From: Rhina ancylostomus
Lineage: Eukaryota
DNA: 63,771 nt
Reading direction: 5' to 3'
Assembly: GCA_030265395.1 (NCBI GenBank)
Contig: JARFYF010000022.1
Span: 49,880,835 to 49,944,605, forward strand
Every line of letters starts with the position of its first letter. Position 1 is the stretch's first letter. The translations under genes were made by a program, and so were the position numbers. Shown one piece after another: positions 49,631 through 62,079 of this stretch. The notes under the pieces were generated by a model. The model was not told the DNA's origin. It worked only from the letters and a program-made list of their open reading frames with translations, and did not search any database.

Positions 49631-50018
49631 CGCCATCCAACTCAACTTTAATTAATTCTGATGATACAGCTTCTACCGCTGGCTGGGACATGGAATTGCA
49701 GTAATTCCCTGTCCTGTGCCTGAAGAAAATTATTGGGAACCTCAGTTTCAATGTCCAAGCTTTCATCTTAGTGTTCTGTCCCCTTGTTTTACACTATTCC
49801 GTTCTTAGAACAAGATAATATTCCGACGTCTGCCCTGTAAAGCTCCTGAATATCTTATTTTCTGAACAAGGTCACCGCTCATGGTTCTAAACTCTAAGAG
49901 ATAACGGGCCAACATAGATCGACAGCAACAGCTAGAATCCGCAACAGAAATGACAGTGGGCGAAAGAACTAAACTTAAACTGTTTCATTGTGTAATTGTA
50001 ACGCAGTAGTGGAATGTG

Positions 50019-50093
50019 GGCTCGTTGGTCTTGTGGTATGATTCGCGCTTCGATTGCTGCGAAAGATACCCGGTTCAGATCCAGGACGAGTCC
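50019..50093 (+). pseudogene. tRNA-Pro pseudogene
   Basis: GGCTCGTTGGTCTTGTGGTATGATTCGCGCTTCG...GGTTCAGATCCAGGACGAGTCC, with a small insertion in the anticodon loop. Confidence 0.8.
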
Positions 50094-50207
50094 ATTTATT
50101 CACCAACTCATGTACACTTTTTACACGGAGGAAACGTTCCGCCATCTGCCTGTTTTCACGCCAGCGTTCTGTGAAAGACCTTGTTGTTAACGCGAAAGTA
50201 TTCAGGG

Positions 50208-50280
50208 CTTGCTGTAGTGTGGCAGTTATCACATTCGCCTCACATGAGAATACCTCCCGATCTGAACCATTGCAGAAACA
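50208..50280 (+). pseudogene. tRNA-Val(CAC) pseudogene
   Basis: CTTGCTGTAGTGTGGCAGTTATCACATTCGCCTCACATGAGAA...GCAGAAACA, 73 nt, with a decayed T arm. Confidence 0.7.
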
Positions 50281-51271
50281 GTCACAAAACTCTTTCTCTG
50301 CAAATCGAGTGACGTGAATGGGATACACCAGACATTTATTCAGCTGAATGCAGATGATGCCCCGTCGGCAAACCGACGACCTTAGAGACTCATACAGCAC
50401 GGAAACAGGCCCATCGGGTCCTTTGGACCGTGTAGACTAAAGTGCCGATATCAGAATTTGCCTGCGTTTGGCCAATATCCTGAACTTTCCCATTCATGAA
50501 CGTTATTGCACCACCCTTTGCCAAATAAAAACTAGTTGTCCTCATTGTATCTTGCAGCAGTTCGGAATTTCCAACTGCATAACACTGCTTACGTTTCATA
50601 AAGGCCAAATTCTTCAGTGTCTTCCTCCATGTTACTGGACGCACACTGCAGCTTTGCCGTGTCCCTCATTGTACTGAACTTGGGAAAGCCGTTTTGTTTG
50701 CTCTGCCGATAATGGAAAATGTGACCTGATGCACTTCAGCACAACGCAGAAGGGGAGACGATATGAACTGCACGGCACAGTTCTTGGACCCGACGTCTAA
50801 ATTTTTTCAACATCCAGCTTCAACCTGGCATAGGATTCCCATCTGGATTGAAGGTTTCATTCGCAAGGAGAAAGAAGGTTGTAGCTGACTCTCACAGCAA
50901 GTGTGGCAAAGGAAAACATGCTGGAAACAGTGGCAGTTTGTCTGGGAAAGGTTGGGAAACTGCATGGAATCTCATGAAAATGGACAAGTCGCGGTACAGA
51001 TTTGAATATATAACGCATGAATGGCGAAGCACAAAAGCACTGGAAATGCAATTATGCCAGGACTGATTGGGGATATTATAGATTAGACAAAATAGATAAA
51101 AATCGATTATCTGGAAAAATCGCTGAACCTTTGGGATTCAGAGCAGATTAAAGTTCTGATAAAGACGACCAAGCAATGTAAATTGTAACAAAATATAGAA
51201 CGTGAAAGTTCATGTGTGGGACATGGAGAAGATTGTATGAGTTGCAAAACAATGGCCGATTATTCGGAACA

Positions 51272-51342
51272 GACGAGGTGGCCGAGAGGTTAAGGCAATC
51301 CATTGTGCTTTGCACGCATGGGTTCGAATCCCATCCTCGTCG
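51272..51342 (+). pseudogene. tRNA-Ser(GCT) with 11-nt deletion removing the anticodon
   Basis: GACGAGGTGGCCGAGAGGTTAAGGC[GATGGACTGCT missing]AATCCATTGTGCTTTGCACGCATGGGTTCGAATCCCATCCTCGTCG. Confidence 0.9.
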
Positions 51343-54277
51343 TGAGCTGGTGGTTTGTGTAACGAGCTTTCAACGCGTTCACTTAAACACTTCGCAGACT
51401 CCAAATTTTTCCACCATCACATGAACCATTATGGTCTGTGAGCCATGATAGGACAAGCCCGCAGTAAGGATTTTTCAAGAAATTTGGTGGAATGAGAAAG
51501 GAATAAAAAGTCGGGATGAAATGGGGTGACGACCGGTCCCGCTCTCCACTTTTCTTCCTCAGTCTGTTCGCAGAGGTGAACACCGAATGGATGTAATCTG
51601 GGGAGACATCTGAAGAGGGAACAGAACACACATTTTGGGCAGTGGTTGCAATTGAAACCTTCCTGCATGCAGAGGGGGCGTGAGGAACGATTGAGTACAG
51701 AACGGTGTAGCTGAATGTCCGAGGCCACCGATTTTGGACCGAAGACAGATCGATCCGGGAATGGTCCGGATCATGGTGTACAGAGGACTGCGGAAGAGCG
51801 GGATGTGTTCGGACTGAAGAGCAGGAATCGGCAAACTCTGCCAGACACTGTCCACATTATAATGGAAAAATGCTATGTGATAAAATGTTCCGCACGACTT
51901 CAGGAGTGCTGTGTGCAAGACTGGTGAAAATGCCAATTTTCTTGCATCTGTTCCTTAACTTCCGACAACCAGCATTCAGTTTATTTTTCCTTTTCGATTG
52001 TTCTGTTATTTCAGGTTACATTTCTGCTGATGTGGTTGCACCTTCATGGTCAGATATTTTACAATTCTTGATGGCAGTTCCAGATGGTAACCTGTCACTG
52101 ATAGTTATACGGAGGAAAGGTCATCAAAATATTGCAAAAGATATTCCTGGTTGTCCAGATGAGGAAAACAAAATCTCAACAGGATTTTATTAAGGCCGTG
52201 GAAGCAAAAGCGTAACAGTGGGGCTCATTTGGACAGAAGCAACACTCTGTGCGTTGAGCCTGGAGATGCAGGTAAGGTAATAAATGGCATGTTTTCTCTG
52301 CAGTAACGATGCAGAAGAACATTATAGTTGCAGAATGAGTGGAGGAACAACACAATTGTCGAACACACACGGATTGGAAAGGATGAGGGATTACACAGCA
52401 GATAGGTTGCAGCGGATAAATCCCCACGGTCTGATTCACTCAGACTCTTGATGTCTTCGTGCAGATATCACCATTATTGCTTCGCAATTCTTGCTTTGCA
52501 TGAACGCACGGTAAGTTCGGAAAACTTGCAAACCTTGCACTGAAACAAAACGATATCCATAAAAAAATAAATGGCCCAAGTTCTCTCTCCAGATATCGTG
52601 CGATCGCCCATCCTCCAGTCTCTAAACCAACCCTGACCCAATAGACATGCCCTTCAACACGTATATTCTCCATGCAGCAGCACTGGACCATTTCGTTCCA
52701 CTCCACTCAAACCTGTGTGGACACTTCCAGCGCTGTCAACAACTTACCATGTGATGCTCAGATTTTTCCTCAGTTTAGTTTTTTTCTCTTTCTCGAGAAA
52801 ATGTTTCATTAAGGTTTGAGCAGTTCATCGCTTTCGACTGTCCGTCAATAAATCAAAAATTGCGTGAGGAGCAGAACTGAGCTTTCACTTTTCCTCTGGT
52901 TGTTGCTTGGCCCAGGAAGGCGATGATGACATCTGTGAATATTAACAGCCGACTGCTTCCAAAGTGAATAACATTGACATCTGTACAGCAGTGTCTCATC
53001 CTAACCGAGGAGCGCAAGGAGGACGGCGGAAGTTTTGCAATGACACCAGGTGTCTTGCTGTTCATTTGGACATCAATATTGTAAAAATAACAAAGTATAT
53101 TTATACAGTGAGGTGAGTGCAAATCACTCAAGGTAATTCATTGAGCATTTCTCATAAAAACTTACGAAATGTTTCATGTCACATGTGACAAACATAACCT
53201 TCCTCCGACATCTTAATCTCCTTCAATATGTAAAACGCTGGAGCATCTCAGCTGGTGACGCAGCATCTATGGAGGGGAATGTCCGGAGCAGTTTACAAAA
53301 CGCTGGGCGAACATGTTCCTCCACAGTTGCTGCCTGGCCAGCTCAGTTCCATCAGCTGTTATGTGTGCTGCTCCAGATTCCAGCATCTGCAGTCTCATTT
53401 ATCTCCATGGTAATCTCATTTCCCTGCTCCCAATTTGTGGGACTGTTGGCGATGTGACTCTGCACTTACTTCCAATGAGGAGCTGCTGTCCCACGACGAA
53501 ACTTTCATGGTGCGAATCCAAGATCTCACGGATCTCTGGATCATAAGATGGGGCAGTCAATTGCAGAGTTTCACTGTTCTAATTTCCTGTAATTTTAAAA
53601 CGATATTTCAGATCCGGTGAAAGTGTAACTGCAGATAACTAAAGACAATGACACTTAGTTACTGACACATTGCTCAAACTTCTGTATGGCGCACTTCTCA
53701 ACTCAACACGCCTCCACATAGATGTCGAGGAAAGATGATGATAACGTACTTTTCCTCAGTTACTACCATCTAATGATGAGAACAATAAAATGCTAATTAT
53801 GGAGCGGCGAAAGCAGCCCAGCTCATGCAATGTGTCCTTTTTCATAAGGTTGGGAACCTGTACATTATCGTCACAACACTGGTGATGTGAATGAGGGAAC
53901 CCGTGTGGTGCCTCAGATGACCCGCAGAGAATGGAACGTCTGGATGCCTCAAGTAGTGTTCTTCATTGATAATTGGTTACGACACTGAAACAGCTCGCCC
54001 CTCACATAGCACAGAGCCAACGTGTAAACTTTACATCCATCAGCGGAAAGGGGTAAAACAGAGAAAGCTAACTCCCTAAATTTCGAGAGGAATGAAAACT
54101 CCGCCTCTTCTACGTGTTCTCTCGGTTCCGTCAAGGAATCATTCGACGTTTCTAAACACTTCACACCTGCTAATTGTCCGTGTGCTTGTAAAATTCGCCC
54201 TTCCTTCTCACTTTCTAACAGACCGCCGGCCCCAGCATCATTCTCAATTGTTTCTTCAGAATACTGGAGCAGGAAGG

Positions 54278-54370
54278 GACCGTGTGGCCTCATGTAATGG
54301 CGAAGGCGTCTGACATCAGGGTTTGATGTGATGTCATCAGAAGATGGCGGTTCGATTTCTGCCACGGTCG
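54278..54370 (+). pseudogene. Intron-containing tRNA-Arg(TCG)-type gene, anticodon now TCA
   Basis: GACCGTGTGGCCT...TAATGGCGAAGGCGTCTGACATCAG|ggtttgatgtgatgtc|ATCAGAAGATGGCGGTTCGATTTCTGCCACGGTCG followed by TTTT. Confidence 0.78.
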
Positions 54371-54672
54371 TTTTACCGACATTAGGGTTTTGTTTCAATT
54401 CCGTCGCTCACATCTCCACCACGTCTCTCCGATCTGTTCCAAATACACCCTTTCGAAACGCGCCCGTTTCGACCACAGTTTCCTGCGCCGCGTTTGCTCC
54501 AATCACTCACCCTCATAGACAACAGACCGTTATATCGCCCCATCATCGCTCGCAACCTGTCATTGTATGTGCCTTGCTTTCAATGTATTTCCAAAAGCAC
54601 TTTCATAACTGTCGAGACACAAGATATTTTGCAGATGTTTGGATCTGTAGCGACACAGACAAAATGCTGGGG

Positions 54673-54950
54673 TGTAGCGGCTGCGACTGCGATGCAAGAA
54701 TAAAGAATCAAGACTGAAAGCTGTGGAAAGAGACTGATTTATATATCTGCCTTGCGCGAGCCTTTTAAGCAGCGCGGTCCCCGCCTTCCGAAAACGGAAA
54801 TACCGTACGTGCTTCGTCATCGAAATCTTTTCGCGCGCGTTCTCCCCCGCCGCTCTGGGAATATGAAGGTCTAGCGCCATCTTGGGCTCCGACGACACGC
54901 GCCCCGACCGCCGATCCGGTTCGCCTGCTCGGGCGGTGAGTCGGCACACA
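54673..54950 (-). repeat. Gypsy 3' LTR (polypurine tract at 54951-54970)
   Basis: TGTAGCGG...CACA on the plus strand, homologous to 58133-58413. The adjacent C-rich tract is a G-rich PPT on the minus strand. Confidence 0.85.
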
Positions 54951-57900
54951 ACCTACCCCCACCCACCCCCAGAACCGACGATACGGTCTCCAAAGTTCGC
55001 GGGCTGTGCAAGCCGTTGCTCGGGTGGTCGACCTCTGCGTCGCGGTGTTTGGACTTCGACCGACTCTTGTGGGTCTAAATGGGCCAGTTTGAGGTAGTCA
55101 GTCGTGAAGACATATTCCTTGCCCCCATGCCCAAAATAAAGGTGGACCCATTATTTCTGACGTCATGCAACCGACCCTCGTATGGTCGTTACAACGGTTC
55201 CCGGGGTGTGCCCCTGTGAACGACCAGTTTCTTCGTTCCTTGGGCTCACAGGATGTGAACTGGCCTCGTCACGAAGTGAGAATAGGTGCCAAGCTGCCGA
55301 TCCTCACGCGCAGTCCTTGCAAGGCTGCTGTGGTTTGTTCCTCTTTCCCCCTAAGGGCGGGTATGAACTCCCCTGGGATGACCAGGGTTGCACCGCACAC
55401 GAGTTCAGCTGATGAAGCGTGGAGATCCTCCTTGGGGACAATGCGTATCCCAAGCAAGGCCTAGGAAGTTCGTCGACCCAGTTAGGACCTTTCAGGTGAG
55501 ACATCAGGGCTAATTTCAGATGCAGGTGGACACGTTTCACTTGAGGGTTGTAGGCCGTGGTGGTATGCAGCTGCGTTCCTAGCATGTTCGCTAATGCAGA
55601 CCATAGGCTGGAGGTAATTTGAGCGCCTCTGTCAGAAGTAATGTGGGCTGGAACACCAAAGTTCGAGGCCCAAGTTATGAGCAGCGCCCGGGCACAGGAA
55701 TCGGTCGTGATGTCTGAGAGAGGGTTTGCATCTGGCCACGTCATGAATCTGTCCAAAATGTTAAGGAGGTACAGCGGTCATCTGGAAACAGGCAGGGAAC
55801 CAACGAGGTCAACGTGAATATGGTCGAACTTCCGACGTGTAGGCTTGAACTGCAGTGGCGGGATATTGGTTTGTCGTTGGATATTTGATGTCTGGCAGTG
55901 CGGACATGTCTTGGCCCACTCACTTACCTGTTTGCGCAGGCCGTGCCAGACGAACTTGCTGGCAACTAATAGGACAGTTGATCAGATGGACGGGTACGCC
56001 AACCCGTGTACCGAGTCGAAAATGCGTTTCCGCCAAGCTGCAGGAACAATAGGGCGGGGCTGACCTGTTGAGACGTCGCAAAGGAGGGTCTGTTGACCTG
56101 GGCTAATTACGAAATGTGAGAGCTGCAGGCCTGAGACTGCGGTTCTATTGCTGGGCAGTTCGCCGTGGGCTTGCTGTACGTCAGCCAGGGCCGCCTAGTC
56201 TAAACCCAGGGACAGGCTTTGGATAGTCGGTCTGGAGAGCGCGTCCGCAAAGACATTGTCCTTCCAGGAGAGATGCTGAATATTCGTTGTGACTTCGGAA
56301 ATGTTGGACAAATATCGCTGCTGGCTGGCTGTCCAGCGATCGGAGAGGACGAAAGACAATGGCTTGTGGTCAGTGAAAGTGGGGAGAGGTCTGCCATCTA
56401 AATAGTACCGGAAATGCTGGATCGTCAGTTACAACGCCTGAAGTTCATGGTCGAAAGAGCTGGACTGCAGTTCGCGTGATCTAAGGTGCCTACTGACAAA
56501 CACTAAGGGTTGCTAACGGCCTTCGATTGGTTGTTCCAGTACCCCACTGACAGCGGTGTCGGATGGGTCCACCTTCAGAGCGGTTGGGACGTCTGTCCTG
56601 GGATGTACCAGCATCGCGGCGTTCGCTCGGGTTACTTTGGCCTGAACAAAGGCAGCCGCGGCCTTGTCGTCCCAGACAATGTCCTTGACCTTGCCCGATC
56701 AGCGAGAACAAAGCGCGCATGATACGGGCTGCTGCAGGGATGAAACGATGGTAGAAATTGACCATTCCCAGGAATTTCTGCAGGCTTTTGACAGTGTTGT
56801 GACCGGAAAAATGGCGGATGGCGTCTGCCTTGCGGGGTGGGTGTCGCTCCTTTGCTGATGATTCCGTGGCCAAGGAAATGGATAGAGTCGAGTCCGATTG
56901 ACACTTGGCCTGGTTGATATTGAGGCTGAAATCACTGAGGAGGGAGTAGAGTTGGCGGAGGTGGGAAAGGTGTTCTTGGCGGTTACGGCTAGCAATGAGG
57001 ATATCATATAAATAAATGAACATGAAGTTTAGGTCGTGGCCCAGCGCGTCCATCAGCCGCTGGAATGTCTGCGCGGCGTTCTTCAGGCCGAACGACATTC
57101 GTTGGAAGTCGAAGAGGCCGAACGGAGTGATGAGCGCGGTTTTGGGGACGTCGTCAGGGTGGACCAGGATTTGGTTGTATCGCCGGACGGGGTCCACCTT
57201 GGAGATGATGTGGGGCTCGTGGAGGTTTGCCGCGTAGTCCTAGATATGGGGGGACGGGGTAGCGGTCTGGGGTGATGGAGTCGTTTAGCCTGTGGTATTC
57301 GCCGTAGGTTCTCCACCATCCGGTGGCTTTGAGGGCGGGTTCCTGTTGCCTTCTGCGAGTGTCGCGACTGGTCGGGGGCAAAACACTGACGTCTGCTCCA
57401 ATATCAACGAGGAAACGACACCAGGACTGCCTGTCCCAAACGAATAGGAGGCTGTGTTGGTGGTCAGCAGCCGTATCCATCAGCGGAGGCTGGCCCTGGC
57501 GTTTCCCTGAAACTTGCAGGGTGGCCGGCATCGAAGGGCCTCGGCGCCCCACCTGTGATTCTAGAAACACAGCTGGTCGTCTGTGTCGTCGGCTGTCTTC
57601 CTGCCGTATGGTCACTCGGCCGCTGGGACTGGTCTAGGTGGGCGTTGGGCATGCGGCCTGGCAATCTGGCCTTCCACAGGACATCTGCCTGGGCGGCTAC
57701 CTCACGCAGGTTGCTGAAGTCGGAGTCGGTCAACGGCAGGTGAATATCGTCTGGCAGCTGTTCGAGGAAGGCCTTTTCAAATATCAGGCAGGGTTTGTGT
57801 CCCTTCGCCAGGGCCGGCATCTTGTTCATCAGGGCCGATGGGGCCTGTCCGTCAGGCCGTCCAGATGAAGCAGTCAGGCGGCGCCGTCCCGACGGGAGAG

Positions 57901-58118
57901 GCAGAAGATCCGAATGAGAAAGCTGTCTCCTGGTTCAGGGACCTGACCACGTGGTAGTACTTTGTGGAGTCGGAAGTGATATGTCGAAGTTGGAATTGGG
58001 TTTCGGCCTGGTGGAAACACACGCGGGGCCGAAGTGCCCAAAATGTGGGCAGCTTGAGTGCCACTGCGTTGGCTGCTGCGTTGTTGGTCATTCTGTGAGT
58101 CCAAAATCCCTTTGGACA

Positions 58119-58131
58119 GTCGGGGTCAACA
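58119..58131 (-). promoter_or_regulatory. Gypsy primer binding site, tRNA-Trp
   Basis: TGTTGACCCCGAC versus TGGTGACCCCGAC, the complement of the vertebrate tRNA-Trp 3' end; it lies 1 nt after the LTR. Confidence 0.8.
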
Positions 58132-58132
58132 A

Positions 58133-58413
58133 TGTAGCGGCTGCTACCGCGATGCGATGCAGACACGAATCTGTCAGTTGTCGAACGAGACTGGTTTATT
58201 TTTGCGCCCTGCGCGGGTCTTTTAAGAGGCGAGGTTCCCGCCGTCAGAAATCGGAACTGACATGCGCGCTACGTCAACAGCTTTTCGCGCGCGCAGGTTC
58301 TCTCCGTCGCTCGAGGAAGACGAAGGTCCGGCGCAATGTTGGGCCCCGTCGTTCCGACGACGCGGGCCCCGACCGCCGAGTCGGTTCTCTTGCTCGGACT
58401 GAGAGTTGCTATA
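58133..58413 (-). repeat. Gypsy 5' LTR
   Basis: TGTAGCGG...GCTATA, colinear with 54673-54950. Confidence 0.85.
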
Positions 58414-58904
58414 ATATCAGCACCGACATCAGCTTTCACCAGTCATACTTTACAGATTAGGGCAAGTTAAGTAATAATGGGGAATAATGGAATGGAGAAA
58501 TTATATCAAATAAGTGAAACACGCTGGAGATAGTGACTCTATCCGAACCCTAACCCCTTATTACTCTGTCACGCTTCATGACCAACAATTACAAAACAAG
58601 GGGATCAAATAAGCATAAAATAAAGAGAGGGAGATCAATTTGGGGGGCGAAATGTGGGGGATAAACCATCCTAGCAGGCGAAAGCTTAGCCGTAGTTTTG
58701 ATTTTTTTCAGGAAGAATTCGTGTTGGAAGCAACACGGGCGGATGAGATGTTAAATCACAAATGTTTACCAACGTATCTGGTTCTCAGTTAATTCCGACC
58801 GATATCAGAACCGCCTGCGATTCCGAACACAGAAAAGCTGCTGCCTGGAAACAGGCTGCAGTGTGTCGACAACCAGAGAGCAGATAATGCGACCACGTCA
58901 ATTT

Positions 58905-59680
58905 GGATAAGGAAGAAGTGCTGCATTTTGGAAACTCAAACCATGTTAAGCCTCAGAGCCAGACTTTCCGGAGTGTTTTGGAACACAGCTACCGAGGAGT
59001 ACAAGTAGATAAGTTATTGAAAGCGGCGGCACATAAAGGCAGGGAGGTTGGGAAAGCACTTGGAACGCTGGCCTTCCTCGGGTCGGGCATTATGTACAGA
59101 GATAGGGATGTTATGTTGCAGTTCTACAAGACGTTGGTGAAACCACACTTGGAGTATTACGGACAGTTTTGGTCGCCCTGATATGGGAACTACATAATTA
59201 TATTGGAAGGATTGCAGAGAAGACTTAGCAGGATAGTTCCAGGACTCCGGGGTCTGCGTCATTGGGATTGTTTGGGCAAACATGGGCGTTGTTCTTTGGA
59301 ACGTCTGAGTTTGAGGAATTACCTTACAGATGTGTATACCATCTGTAGATATAGCGATATAGATGGACTGAATGCCTCCCAAAGGGAGGGGTAGTATAAA
59401 CGGGAGGGCATAGCTTTACAGTGAGCGGAGAAAGGTTTAAAAGGGAACTGAGGTGCACCCTTTTCACACTGATGGTGGTGGATATGTGGAATGAGGTTCC
59501 AGAGGAAGTGAATGAGACAGGTACAATAACAACATGAAAAATACATTTGAAAAACTGCAATTATCGGAAAGGTTAAGAGGAATATGAATCAAACACGGGG
59601 AAATGGTACTAGCTTCGTTCATGGTTGGTATGGACGAGTTGGGCTGAAGGGCCGGTTTGCATTCTATTGTAATCTAGGAC
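58905..59680 (+). mobile_element. Old CR1 3' end
   Basis: EVLHFG...MLQFYKTLVKPHLEYYGQFWSP followed by a 3' UTR. Confidence 0.85.
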
Positions 59681-60679
59681 TCCAAGCATTGGAACTTGAT
59701 CTTGAAAGGATTTCGCATTAATTTCGCATCCATGATCGATGGTACATTATTTTGCTTCTATTTTGAAATCATTTATCTATCTTCATTACCTTCAGCAGAA
59801 TTTTATAAGTTTGTTCTGTCTGAAATCCTCCAACCTCCTTTTCCGTTCAAAAATACTTCAACATGAGGCATAATCTCCCCTATCCCCAACAACTCCACCA
59901 CAAGATGCAACCAATACCATATTCTTATGCCAATGTACTTCTCTCAACAAACAGCATCGGGCATACATTAACATATTTTCCCCTTTTTTGCTCATTTTAC
60001 AGTTTCTCATTACATTATTGTGTCAGCTAAATGAACGTTTTGAAGTATTGTCAATCACAGACACACAAAATGTAAATGATGATGACGATGATGGATTTTG
60101 CTTGTACTCTTTCGGGAATACCAGGCTTCATTTACCGCCTCCATTTAACTATTCCCTTGATTTTCCACGTGACGATCCCACAAGGTCAATCTCCTGTCAC
60201 CTCTCCTCTGACGTGAAATGTAGGGCATTTTACCACAACATTTCCCTCTCAGGTTACAATTAATTCCTGATCCGAAGTGCATTGTGCATTTGTATTATAT
60301 TGGAATGAACCTTGTGCCTCATTTATCGGCTTCCTGTGCATCTTCCTTTCATCCAGTCCGCAACGGTTCTTGCATCCATTGGGCAATCCGTATTGATCCT
60401 GAAATCAGTCCTGGGGTTATTGGAGATGTCACCATTGATACCAAGTGTTCATTTGTGAGGACTTCCAGATTAGGGAAGGAGAGATGATATTGGAAATAGT
60501 ACGATTAAGAAGAGAAACATTATAGAAACAGTGTGACGACATTCTCGACTTTATCTGGATGACAGTTTTAACTATTTTACCCCTGTATGTACTTTGGGAG
60601 GTATACATAATCATCTGCTCTTCAGTCCGAACGCTCTGTGCAGATTTCCTCACTCATTCGTAATGTCAATCTGTGAGTT

Positions 60680-61090
60680 GAAGGGCGAGGTTGGCCAGGC
60701 TCGGTCTTTATTCCTATAGATGTGGGAGAATGAATGGCGTCCTTATATTTGAAAATTATGAATGGCAAATTATAAAGTGGACGGTAACAATCTTTTTAAT
60801 CGGACAGGGGAGTCCAAAAATAGGGAACCTAGATTCAGGGTGAGAGAGGAAAGGTAAAAAGGAACTGAAGTAAAAAGTTTACATGCAGAGGGCTGTGAGT
60901 ATATGAAACGAGCTACTAGAGGAAGTGTTTGAGGCAGGTACAATATTGTAATTTAAGGGTCACTTGGATATGTATATGGAAGGGCGAGGCTTGGAAGGAC
61001 ATGGTTAAACTCAGGAATTATGACTAACTTCGTAGATAACGTACATAAGACATAAGGTCCTTTGGCCGAAGGGCCGGTATACATGCTATA
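60680..61090 (+). mobile_element. Old CR1 3' end fragment
   Basis: Remnants of the RT C-terminus and a GGCCGAAGGGCC...ATGACTCT tail. Confidence 0.7.
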
Positions 61091-61134
61091 TTTTTCCATG
61101 ACTCTGTGGCTTCCTCTTGTGTTTCACGTTGCCT

Positions 61135-61815
61135 ACACTGAAAGTTGCCTCACTGGTGGATAGGGTGGTGAAGAAAGCCAGTGGGATGTTAGCTTTCATA
61201 AGTCCTGGGATCGAATTTAAGAGCCGGGAAGCAACGATGCAGCTCTACAAAATTCTGGTTCGACCACACTGTGTCCAATTCTGGTCGCCTCATTATTGGG
61301 AGGATGTCAAAGCGTTGGAAATGGTGCAGAGGAGATTTACTAGTATGCTCTCTGGTTTGGAGAGATTGGATTATGATGAGATACTAAGGGATCTAGGGCT
61401 TTATTTTTTGGAGAGAAGCTGGTTGAGGGGAGACATGGTGGAGGTATACAAAATATTAAGAGGAATAAATAGAGTTGACAGACAACGCCTCTTTCCGGGG
61501 CATCAATGCTCAATACAAGATGGAATGGTTTAAAAGTAATGGGTGGGAAGTTCAAGGGAGAGAAAAGAGGGAGGTTTCTTTTTTACCCAGTATGTGGTTA
61601 GGGCATGGAATGCGCTGCCTGGGGTGGTGGTGAAGGCAGGTACATTAGTCAAATTCAAGAGATTGTTCGACAAGCATATGGAGGAATTTAAAATAGGTGA
61701 ATATGTGTGAGGAAGGGGTTAGATGGCGTTAGGCGAGGTTTAAAGTTTGGCACAACATTGTAGGCAGAAGGGCCTGTATTGTGCTGTACTGTTCTATGTC
61801 TCTATGGTTCTATGG
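61135..61815 (+). mobile_element. CR1 3' end
   Basis: LKVASLVDRVVKKASGMLAFI...VQFWSPHY...VQRRFTSML, with a (TTCTATG)n tail. Confidence 0.92.
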
Positions 61816-62079
61816 AGGTATAAAGAATGGGCATGTCCTTCGATGCAGTTCGTACATGCTGACCAGAGCCCCGAACCAATCATGTCCCATTTTACTGCAT
61901 TTAAGGTCCAATAAGTAAGAATCGCTGGGATGCAAGAGAAGTCGTCAAACTGATTTCAAAATCAGCTTGGTAATAGGAGGTGAAGGTAGAAGATTGTTTG
62001 TAGAAGAAGGTAGAAGCCTGTGACCAGCATTTTACCACAGGTTTCGTCCTGGGAATTGTTGTAAAATATGGTGACAAGT

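Larger units (their letters stand above)
54673..58413 (-). mobile_element. Ty3/Gypsy LTR retrotransposon, full-length but decayed
   Basis: gag KLPTFW...FHQAETQF...TKYYHVV; protease FLVDIGADVSVLP; RT KTALITPFGLF...FGLKNAAQTFQR...YLYDILIAS; integrase FGVPAHITSDRGAQ...TTAYNPQ. Order is PR-RT-RH-IN, with two LTRs. Confidence 0.93.

Noticed and set aside
58543-58560. CCGAACCCTAACCCCTTA telomere-like motif
   Set aside because: Only one perfect CCCTAA unit, which is expected by chance.
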